The notes beneath the pieces were generated by a model. It was not told the origin of the DNA and searched no databases. It saw nothing but the letters and a program-made list of their open reading frames with translations. The position numbers and the translations under genes were made by a program. 64,000 bases of DNA from an uncultured Elusimicrobia bacterium (GTDB taxonomy: Bacteria > Elusimicrobiota > Elusimicrobia > 2-01-FULL-59-12), in contig CAYTWA010000004.1 of NCBI GenBank assembly GCA_964441955.1, positions 82,681 through 146,680 on the forward strand. Reading direction: 5' to 3'. This document shows positions 1 through 7,765 of this stretch, piece after piece; within the stretch, counting starts at the first letter, position 1; each line of letters begins with the position of its first letter.

Positions 1-1019
1 CGCCATTTGAGCAGGGCTTCTTTGGCGAGTTGGTCGAGTTCGGGGTAGCCGGAGCTGCGGTCCACGCGCATGTTGGTGCGAATCGAGCCGTCAGGGCGAA
101 CCGTAAAGAATATTTGGACGATGGCCGAAATGCCTTTTTCTTCGGCCCAGTCGGGGTATTCAGGCAAGCGGCGCGCCAGGATTTTTCGGTCGCCGATGGG
201 GCCCCCAATTTCAAACCCTTGACCGGACACCACTTTGCTTCCCTTGCCCGAGGCGCCGCTCATTTCGCCTTCGACCATGATCGGCGCCTTGCTTACACCG
301 AAATACCCGTTCTTATTTTTCCCAACTAAATCGCCGGACCCCGACCCGTCCCCCGGTTTTGAGCGATAACCCTGAACGGTGCGAATCCCTTTGGGCGCCT
401 CTTTTAACATCGTGGCGGCTGGCAAATAGGGTGTTTCTCCTCGTTCTTGACCGATGGGAATGGCCACGAGACGCCCACCCGGAATCAACGTACCTTTATC
501 TTCCAATTTGAAATTAATATCGGCCGCACGAATGCCGCGAGACTTTCCCTTCAAGGGTGCCACAGGCGCTTGAACCATTTTCTGTCGCGCGGGAACGGAA
601 AGCCCAGGCGTCGGTGAAGCAGCAATGATGTCTTCGCTAGTACGCGGGACAAACTTCGGAATCGAAATTTTGGAAATAAAGGGTTTGGGCTGCGGTGGCG
701 CCACTTTTTTCGTGATCGTCATCGGCTTCGGTTTTTGCGTCACGGTGAGGCCGGATTTTTTGGCTTTCTTCGCCACTTCTTTCTTTTTGACTTCGGGCTT
801 TTTTACTTCGGGTTTTGGAATCACCGGCATCGCGTCTTGGTACTTCACCTGCAAAAATTCTTCTTGGGGTTTAAGGTCGCTTTTCATGATGATCGGGTTC
901 CAAACAAACAGGGACATGTGAAACAAGAGGGCCAGGGTGAAGGGCCCCTTCTTGCTGGAGATGAAGGCTTCGTCCCAACTGCGCAGGCGTGCCTGCCTTA
1001 TGGGGCGGGCGGCATTCAT
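1..1019 (-). CDS. tonB: TonB energy transducer (3' partial; continues past window start). Pro/Lys-rich spacer (KPEVKKPEVKKKEV...PQPKP) and C-terminal TonB domain ending GYPELDQLAKEALLKW
   Basis: Translated the minus strand by hand: start ATG at 1019..1017 overlaps the exbD stop (ATGA). KP/EVK repeats and the TonB C-terminal motif are present. Plus-strand ORFs 30..329, 625..921 and 735..1274 are shadow frames of this gene. Confidence 0.8.
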   Translation of the reverse strand, partial: MNAARPIRQARLRSWDEAFISSKKGPFTLALLFHMSLFVWNPIIMKSDLKPQEEFLQVKYQDAMPVIPKPEVKKPEVKKKEVAKKAKKSGLTVTQKPKPMTITKKVAPPQPKPFISKISIPKFVPRTSEDIIAASPTPGLSVPARQKMVQAPVAPLKGKSRGIRAADINFKLEDKGTLIPGGRLVAIPIGQERGETPYLPAATMLKEAPKGIRTVQGYRSKPGDGSGSGDLVGKNKNGYFGVSKAPIMVEGEMSGASGKGSKVVSGQGFEIGGPIGDRKILARRLPEYPDWAEEKGISAIVQIFFTVRPDGSIRTNMRVDRSSGYPELDQLAKEALLKW

Positions 1020-1450
1020 GAAGCGGCTTCCGGGTTCCAACGCACCATGGTGAGGGTTTTGACGCCGTTTCGCTTGATTAAATCCATAATCCAAACCACT
1101 TTGCCGTGCACCACAGCGGGGGAAGCCGTCAAGAGCAGCGACTTATCCTTGCGCTTGGACATAATGTCGCGTAGGCGAGACGTAAATTCGATGTCGGAAC
1201 CCATGACGGTGCCGTTTAATTTAAGGGCGCCAGGCTCGAAGCTTACGATGACGGGGGTTTCGGGGACGTCTTGAACTTCTTCTCGGGTATGCGCGTCGGT
1301 CGCCTGGGCGGCTTGAATTTGAATCAGAGCCTGGCTCACCATGGGGCTTATGACCATCATGACGATCAAAAGCACCAACGACACATCCGCTAAAGGGATG
1401 ACGTTGACTTCGTTTAACGCTTCTTCGTTTGAACTTGTCGGATGAGACAT
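1016..1450 (-). CDS. exbD: ExbD/TolR biopolymer transport protein
   Basis: Single N-terminal TM (VSLVLLIVMMVISPM) followed by a periplasmic ExbD-type domain. The more likely start is ATG 1450 (MSHPTSS), preceded by a G-rich RBS. The track start at 1462 is TTG. No exbB lies upstream. Confidence 0.8.
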   Translation of the reverse strand: MSHPTSSNEEALNEVNVIPLADVSLVLLIVMMVISPMVSQALIQIQAAQATDAHTREEVQDVPETPVIVSFEPGALKLNGTVMGSDIEFTSRLRDIMSKRKDKSLLLTASPAVVHGKVVWIMDLIKRNGVKTLTMVRWNPEAAS

Positions 1451-1622
1451 AAGCCCCCCCAAAATGGATCTCCAACTTTATACCTGTTTTGGGTTACGGG
1501 AGGATGTCGCCCAGGTAAAAAGAAGGTTACTCGTCAACTTCATGTTCTTATCAAGACTTCCGTCGGAAGTAAAGAGGAAATTTAACACGAATTAACAACA
1601 CGTTTAGTTAAAATGGCTGCGC

Positions 1623-1967
1623 ATGGCCGGCACGATTCACCACGAACTAAAACGCCTCGTCAAAGAAGGGTTATTGCCCAAAGGACAGGTCCTTTTGATT
1701 GGCACTGGCGAGGGCCTGGAAGCCGTTCATTTGCTGGAGCATGGCTACGATGTGGTTGGCGTAGACCCGGACAAAGCCACGGTGCTCGCCACGCGAGAAA
1801 CCGTCTCCAGTCAGGGGTTTTTTGGGTATTTTCAAACTGGCGACCCGGCGCAACTTCCGGTGGAGGACCATTATTTTGATGCGGTTTGTGATTTTTTGGG
1901 TGCCCCGGAGTCGGAAGTCCGGCGGGTCCTTAAGCGCGGGGGGCTCTCGGTGAGGCTTATTCGATGA
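1623..1967 (+). CDS. Small class-I SAM-methyltransferase-like protein (fragment-sized, 114 aa)
   Basis: Gly-rich motif LLIGTGEGLEAVHLLEHGYDVVGVDPD resembles a SAM-binding motif I. ATGA overlap with the downstream gene. Confidence 0.35.
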   Translation: MAGTIHHELKRLVKEGLLPKGQVLLIGTGEGLEAVHLLEHGYDVVGVDPDKATVLATRETVSSQGFFGYFQTGDPAQLPVEDHYFDAVCDFLGAPESEVRRVLKRGGLSVRLIR

Positions 1968-3541
1968 AAGCGCTTGGGTGTTTACTATTTTTAGCCGTAC
2001 CGCTTTTCGCCGCACGCGTCGAGATCCGCGAAGGGCAGTTCTATGTTGACCATTCGCTTTTTTATGTTCGCGGCGTAGGGTACTCGCCGCTTCGGCCGCA
2101 TCAAGCGCCGGGCGGGTCTTACACCGGCATTAATTTCGCGCTGATTGATAAAGATTTTGAACGCATCCGCGCCGCGCGCTTTAACACGCTTCGCACCTGG
2201 GAGCCGCTGTCGCGCGAGGAATTGGCGTTGGCTAAAAAACATGGGCTCATGGTGATCCAAGGGTTGCGTCTGGATGGGCGGCAGGATTTCGGCAAACCCG
2301 CCAACCGGGAAAATGCCCTCGCCCAAGCCCGAGTGGCGGCCGAAACCTCGAAAGAATTCGACAACGTATTGGGCTATTTGATCCTGTCAAAACCGCACCC
2401 ATCGGCTATCGTGGACTCCGGCGTCGAACCCACCCTTTCTTTTTTCCGCGACGTCAAAAAAGAGATCCAAACCATTGACCCGCGCCCCGTGTCCATGGAC
2501 AGCTGGCTGCCCGCGGCGTTTATGGACCACCGCGAATTCGATTTCGTCAGTTTCACGTCGTTTGATTTTTGGCCGCGTTCCATTCAAGAAAGCCTGACCT
2601 TTCCAGGAACTTTGCAGTGGCTTAAAAACCGCTTCGCCCCCGACCGTCCCTTTCTGGTGTCGGCCACAGGCGGCTATGCCGTCTCCGAAGCCTCACGAAC
2701 CGCCAACGGCGGCTGGGGCGGCTTAACCGAAGACGAACAAAGCAGCCGCAACCAAGCCATTTTGCGCCAGGCCGTGGAAGGCCATGCCTCAGGCAGTGTT
2801 TTGGTGTCTTGGATCGATTCCTGGGCCGCGGCGGGCGACCCGAATACGCATGACAACGACCCCTGGGAATGGACTGGCGTTCTGGGAATTGAAACCGACA
2901 GCAAGCGCGATAAAACCGGTGTGCCCCGGAAAATTTATGGCGATCTTACGCAGGCCAATGCGGCGGTAGTCTTAGAACCCAAAGACAACCATTTGTACGC
3001 CACCCAAGAACCGCTGCCCATCCGGGCCGTCTCCGCATTGGATGTGATGTCGGCCCGCTACAGCGTAAACGGGGGGGACTGGATGGCCTTAAACGGCTCG
3101 GCTGCAACCGGGTGGTACGGTTTTACCAAGCTTCCTAAAACCGCCAAACGCCGCCAACGCGTTTCGGTGCAGGTCATGGACAAAGACCAAACCGTCATCA
3201 CGCAGCGTGAAGTGTCTTTCGTGGCCGCCATGCTGCCTGAACGCGTGGCCCTTTTAACCGAACGTACCAAAACGGCCGCCGGTTTCTTTCAATTCACCGC
3301 GGATGTCAAAGACGGTCAAGGCCGCGCCTTAGCCAAACGCCCCGTGCAGTTCGGCTGCTTCTTTCCCATAAGCCTCAAAGAATCCAAAGGCACCGTCCTA
3401 ACCGACGCGAGCGGCCTCGCCCGATGGACCTGTGCGACCCTCCCCGCAAAAGATGACCGCTACATGTACATCGCCGCCGGCACTGACTCCCCGGATAAAA
3501 TCCGCACAGGCGATATGCGTATCTTTGAGCTAACCCCCTAA
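1964..3541 (+). CDS. Secreted hypothetical protein, possibly glycoside-hydrolase-like (TIM-barrel-like)
   Basis: Signal peptide MKALGCLLFLAVPLFAA. 525 aa. Motifs FYVRGVGYSP, NTLRTWEP and WIDSWAAAGDP are suggestive of a GH-like fold only. Confidence 0.4.
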   Translation: MKALGCLLFLAVPLFAARVEIREGQFYVDHSLFYVRGVGYSPLRPHQAPGGSYTGINFALIDKDFERIRAARFNTLRTWEPLSREELALAKKHGLMVIQGLRLDGRQDFGKPANRENALAQARVAAETSKEFDNVLGYLILSKPHPSAIVDSGVEPTLSFFRDVKKEIQTIDPRPVSMDSWLPAAFMDHREFDFVSFTSFDFWPRSIQESLTFPGTLQWLKNRFAPDRPFLVSATGGYAVSEASRTANGGWGGLTEDEQSSRNQAILRQAVEGHASGSVLVSWIDSWAAAGDPNTHDNDPWEWTGVLGIETDSKRDKTGVPRKIYGDLTQANAAVVLEPKDNHLYATQEPLPIRAVSALDVMSARYSVNGGDWMALNGSAATGWYGFTKLPKTAKRRQRVSVQVMDKDQTVITQREVSFVAAMLPERVALLTERTKTAAGFFQFTADVKDGQGRALAKRPVQFGCFFPISLKESKGTVLTDASGLARWTCATLPAKDDRYMYIAAGTDSPDKIRTGDMRIFELTP

Positions 3542-3559
3542 AACCTTTCAGACGGTTTT

Positions 3560-6410
3560 TAACAGGCGATGTGTTTGGCTTGCTTAAGCCTATTGAACGG
3601 TAGGCCCATTGCCGATCCCTTTGGTCGAAGGACATCTTTAAGGCCTGATCCATCTCGGGCAGAATAGGACTACGATGCTTGCCTTGCTCGATTTACGGCG
3701 TTCTCTCGCTGGCGTTCTAGCCGGCCTCTTATGTTGACCGTTGTCCACGAATTGGGCATCGTCTTTTGGCCCTCTTTCGCACTCGTGTATTCCTCGGACT
3801 TATAGTGAGCAAGCCCTCATAGCGGCCCTGGGCCAATTTCTTCGGCCATTTTCAAAAAACGGAATTCGCCTTCGGCAGCAAGCAAGCGCGGCAGGAACCC
3901 ATTTTGGAACACGCGCAACGTACGCCAACGAACCCGATTTTTCATTGCCGGATGGCCAAAGAGTCACTTGGGACGAGGCGCATAAATTAATCACGGAGGG
4001 TCTTATCCATGACCCCTCAACGCTCATTTTTGAATGGGCCGCTTCACAACTGGAGATCAAGCAGCCCTCGTCATTAACAGCGACGCAAACCAAGATACGG
4101 GACAAGCTCGAGCGCGCCTTAAAAGAACTCGACCTCGAACGCGATGTTCCGATTCGTATTGTCCTTTTGGACGGAAAGACTAAAACGCAACGCTTTCCAA
4201 CCTTGGGCGACTCCGTGTGGGCGTTATCCAATACCGCGGATGACGCTCATTATTTGGAAGCCGGCGCCATCGGACATGCCTACCCGTCGGTCTACATGAC
4301 CCGCGAGCTGCTCCGCGACATCTCGCACAAAACGCTCGCCGATCGGCTTAAGGAAGAAATCGGTCATGCGTTGGAGAAAGCGAATGGCGTCCGAAAGGAG
4401 GAACACTGGGAAGATGACCCGAGTCGTTCAAATCATCTCTCCGAGATGAGAGGAGACATCCAACAAGCGGAGCGGTACCGCGAGGGGATATTGGTGGAGT
4501 TGGGTCGCGAATCCCAAGCTCCTATCGTATTGTCCAACAGTGTGGAGCAGCACCTTCGCAATCTGCCCCATGAAGACCTTCAGGCGATCTTCGCGCGACG
4601 ATTGAACCTACGGTTTGAGGCCTATCGGCAACTCTTTTTATCGCTCTGGTCAACGAACCCGATCGCAGCGTTTGAATACCTTGGGGCCGGAGTTCTAACC
4701 GATCAAGATGTCGTTGGCTCGATTCGCGAGTTGAGGGTTGTGCAAGTCCCAGACTGGATGAAAGCCTGCGTCCCTGCAGCTATTCTTAAGGGACGTTTCA
4801 TGGTTCAATATCGCTACGCCAAATCACCAACAATACGAATCGAGTGGGCCTATTTTCCCGATTTAAATCAATGGTTACCGGTATCGGCTGTCACGGTCCA
4901 AAACGATAAGCCCGTCTCAGAGAGAAGGCGAATTCGCAGCGTTTTTGTCATGCGAGATGGTTTTCCGGTTTTTCTGAAGTTTTTTCTAACAGGATTAACG
5001 CAAAAGACTTGGCCGAAATTAGCGGCCGCGGGAAATGAATTCCGTATTTATGGCCAAACACCTGCCTCGGGAGCCGTTTCATTGGTTTCGTCATCGCAAG
5101 TTTCGAATGAGAGCAATATGGAAGCACGAACGGCGGGGGTATATGAATTTGCACGCAACCTACTGGAACTCTACGGCGCCACAATCGACTCCGAAGGGTT
5201 CGCCCATCGACTCGATTGGGAAGGTACCGGAGAAGGCGTGCTTTTTATGCATGCGGTAAGTCGCAGCGCCAACGAGCCAGACAAAATCCTGGCAGCCGTC
5301 ATCATGAGGAACCAGTCACTTCTGGAATCGTTATCTACAAAATTTGAAACCTACTGGATAAAAGCAAGGCTACCCCAGGATCATTCCTCGACAGGTCCCT
5401 TTAGCATGAAACTCGGCACATTTAAGAATTTGGGCACGCACACAGCCTTGCCATTTGAAATCCATCTAAATCGCAAGTGGGCCGGTCGTCCAATAGAGAT
5501 CCAGTTGAGGCGAGGAATTCCAGTTTATATTCGAATATTGGATCAGGACACCGGATTTCCCCTGAAACAACATTTCCTGAAGCTTTTAGAGGTTCGAAGC
5601 CGAGATGGTGAAGTGCTTAAGACGATCAGGCCCTACTATTCCTCCACCTATTCCTCTGATTCCGAGCCCGTAAAAACCGCCCTAGCAATAGCTCAAGCAA
5701 GGGGTGGTTACGTCGTAGTGACAAATTTAAACCTTCGTAAAAGTCCCTATTACATTATTGCTCGAGCTTTTGAACAAACAACGAGAATCCCGCGTCGCAA
5801 CGTCCCAGATGATCAGCAAGCCAATGCTGCAGAAATTGTCTTTTCTCCCTCTATTATTTCGGGTCAGCCTGCGCTTAAATTAAACAAATTGCGTGTTGGC
5901 CGCTATAACCATGATGATCCTTTGTCTGCAGATCCGAGATACCTGGTAAACGTGACGGAATGCAAATTAGATATCCCAAGTCGGAAGATCCCTAATGACG
6001 CTATAAAATTATTTGTTGGTTTTCCTATGAATGTGCGCCGCGCGTTTTCGTCGAAAGTAAATCAAAGAAATTGGTCGATATTTATAAACGAATTGCTTTT
6101 CGAATGGCTTCAAACACCACAAGGTTCGACTTTTCTGCCCATTCAAAAAATGACAGAGATACCCAATCATGTGGGTTTTCGTTTCAGAATTCCTCGCGAA
6201 CTATATGCGGCTGTTGAAGATCGTCTTTTGGATTCGCCGTTGGGCGTTACCGATATCATCCGCACTCTGGTGAAAAATTATGTTAACCGACGGCAGCAAC
6301 CGGATCCCTCGTGCCTAACCGCTGCGTAGCACGAAACTTAACCCTGGGGACGCCCCCCCTTACTTTTTGTCCATGGGGGTTCCATAATGAGGCGCAAAAT
6401 GGAAACGATG
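3560..6410 (+). repeat. Segmental duplication copy 1 (upstream leader + paralog gene + downstream 32-bp palindromic element)
   Basis: Near-identical nucleotide blocks shared with 7750..10650, e.g. 3590..3730 vs 7770..7920 and 4010..4230 vs 8190..8410. Identical 32-mer GGTTCCATAATGAGGCGCAAAATGGAAACGAT at 6378..6409 and 10617..10648. Confidence 0.85.
3741..6329 (+). CDS. Large paralogous protein A (862 aa). Signal-peptide region interrupted by an in-frame TGA (3735..3737); possibly a pseudogene or N-terminally truncated
   Basis: Same frame as the upstream ATG 3675 (MLALLDLRRSLAGVLAGLLC*). Copy 2 has TTA where copy 1 has TGA. The first ~500 aa are highly similar to 7856..10510; the C-terminus has two RHH-like motifs. 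Confidence 0.6.
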   Translation: MSTNWASSFGPLSHSCIPRTYSEQALIAALGQFLRPFSKNGIRLRQQASAAGTHFGTRATYANEPDFSLPDGQRVTWDEAHKLITEGLIHDPSTLIFEWAASQLEIKQPSSLTATQTKIRDKLERALKELDLERDVPIRIVLLDGKTKTQRFPTLGDSVWALSNTADDAHYLEAGAIGHAYPSVYMTRELLRDISHKTLADRLKEEIGHALEKANGVRKEEHWEDDPSRSNHLSEMRGDIQQAERYREGILVELGRESQAPIVLSNSVEQHLRNLPHEDLQAIFARRLNLRFEAYRQLFLSLWSTNPIAAFEYLGAGVLTDQDVVGSIRELRVVQVPDWMKACVPAAILKGRFMVQYRYAKSPTIRIEWAYFPDLNQWLPVSAVTVQNDKPVSERRRIRSVFVMRDGFPVFLKFFLTGLTQKTWPKLAAAGNEFRIYGQTPASGAVSLVSSSQVSNESNMEARTAGVYEFARNLLELYGATIDSEGFAHRLDWEGTGEGVLFMHAVSRSANEPDKILAAVIMRNQSLLESLSTKFETYWIKARLPQDHSSTGPFSMKLGTFKNLGTHTALPFEIHLNRKWAGRPIEIQLRRGIPVYIRILDQDTGFPLKQHFLKLLEVRSRDGEVLKTIRPYYSSTYSSDSEPVKTALAIAQARGGYVVVTNLNLRKSPYYIIARAFEQTTRIPRRNVPDDQQANAAEIVFSPSIISGQPALKLNKLRVGRYNHDDPLSADPRYLVNVTECKLDIPSRKIPNDAIKLFVGFPMNVRRAFSSKVNQRNWSIFINELLFEWLQTPQGSTFLPIQKMTEIPNHVGFRFRIPRELYAAVEDRLLDSPLGVTDIIRTLVKNYVNRRQQPDPSCLTAA

Positions 6411-6474
6411 TCGAAAATGGTGCGACTAATCGATGGGATACCTCGTACCTTTATTTTCAGAAAGGGAAACGGGG

Positions 6475-7659
6475 TTAAGCTTCGTAAATGCGGGATACAT
6501 CTTGCCATGGGAGCGCGGTCACGTGGTCGGCTAAACGCATGGCGCGCGGCGCACGACAAATAATAAAAGCCTCCGTGGCTTGAGGATATTCCTTCAGAAA
6601 CGTGATGAGGTGCCGCGCATCCTGCAACGTCACAGACTCTGACCATTTCACTTCGACTGGGATGAGCTTCTCCGAATGACGCAACACCCAGTCGACCTCC
6701 GCTCCAGAGGTATCCTTCCAAAAATGAAGCGTGGTTCGAGGCAAAAAGCGCCGCGTGCTTCGAATCAGTTCCAGTCCTACCCACTGCTCGAACCAGTGAC
6801 CCCAGATCGAAAGCGCCGGTCGAACGCCTTCTTTCGCGGCGAAGCGACGTACACCCAAATCAAAAAAAAGATAACGCTGCGACCGAATGAGTTTTTTACG
6901 CGTGGCGCTTTGCGTCCAAGGCTCCACACGTTCAGTAATTAAGCAATCTTCCAAAATTTGGTAGTAGTCCATGATCGTGGAATGTGAAACACCGATGGTC
7001 TGGGATAATTTCTTAAAGTTCACGATGAGACCCGATTCGGCGGCCGCCAATTCCAAAAAGCGGCCAAAGGTGCCGACGTTTCTAACAATCGCTTCAGATC
7101 GAATTTCTTCCTCTAGGTAACTGGTCACGTAGGAATCCAACTCAGCGTCTTTTTGCGATTTCTCCGGCGTAAGCATGATCTGCGGAAGCGCTCCATAACG
7201 CAGGTGATCTTCGATGCGCGCGTGGGGGTATTCCGCGTGTGTCAGCGGATCCATTCGAAACGAAAGCACCCGTCCTGGGAGCAAATTGACCTGGCCGCGT
7301 TTTAGTTTTCGTGCCGACGAGCCGGTAAGAATAAATCGTGCTTTTTTGTTATCGATGAGATGCTGAACGACGTCCATGATCTGCGGAACTTTTTGGACTT
7401 CATCCAGAATCACGAGAGGGGGTTTGGCCTGTTTGCGCGAAGGTAATGCCGCAATTTCTCCTACAAGCGCTGAGGGGTTCATTTCGTACTTCTGTCGGAT
7501 TTTTGGCAAAAGAAACGACAACGAGAGATCGGCTGACAATGTCCCTAAAAAGGTGGACTTCCCTGTTTGACGAGGCCCTAGGAGTAGAACGCTTTTTCCC
7601 TTTGAGAGCGCTTCGTTTAAATAAGGGTCGATAGCTCGTTTGATTAACATCAGGATCAA
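6475..7659 (-). CDS. AAA+ ATPase (AAA_14 / DUF4143 family)
   Basis: Walker A GPRQTGKST and Walker B LVILDEVQ. C-terminal DUF4143-like region. 394 aa. Confidence 0.85.
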   Translation of the reverse strand: MILMLIKRAIDPYLNEALSKGKSVLLLGPRQTGKSTFLGTLSADLSLSFLLPKIRQKYEMNPSALVGEIAALPSRKQAKPPLVILDEVQKVPQIMDVVQHLIDNKKARFILTGSSARKLKRGQVNLLPGRVLSFRMDPLTHAEYPHARIEDHLRYGALPQIMLTPEKSQKDAELDSYVTSYLEEEIRSEAIVRNVGTFGRFLELAAAESGLIVNFKKLSQTIGVSHSTIMDYYQILEDCLITERVEPWTQSATRKKLIRSQRYLFFDLGVRRFAAKEGVRPALSIWGHWFEQWVGLELIRSTRRFLPRTTLHFWKDTSGAEVDWVLRHSEKLIPVEVKWSESVTLQDARHLITFLKEYPQATEAFIICRAPRAMRLADHVTALPWQDVSRIYEA

Positions 7660-7699
7660 TTTTCAAGGAAATTTGATCCTTTGTCAACAATATTCTATT

Positions 7700-7765
7700 G
7701 GTTATCGAGGTTCGAGGTCTTTAACGCGGTAGGTGGCGGCGGGGTCGTTGACGGTTGGCTCGCTT
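7700..7765 (-). pseudogene. 3'-terminal remnant of a membrane winged-helix regulator gene (...DPAATYRVKDLEPR*)
   Basis: About 30/36 nt identity to the 3' ends of genes 10703..11416 and 36745..37425. The minus-strand translation retains the DPAATY(G/R)VK motif but there is no upstream ORF. Confidence 0.35.

Noticed and set aside
30-1274. Plus-strand ORFs 30..329, 625..921 and 735..1274
   Set aside because: They are shadow frames of minus-strand tonB. Their translations are low-complexity F/G-rich with no motifs, whereas the minus strand gives a clean TonB sequence.
1016-1462. Missing exbB upstream of exbD as an anomaly
   Set aside because: exbB/tolQ genes are frequently encoded elsewhere. 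The upstream region is occupied by a + strand gene, so the absence is not informative on its own.
3735-3737. TGA recoding (genetic code 25 Gly or selenocysteine) to rescue paralog copy 1
   Set aside because: TGA is used as the terminator of many well-supported genes in this window (e.g. dnaN). No SECIS-like hairpin is evident downstream. A nonsense mutation is more parsimonious.
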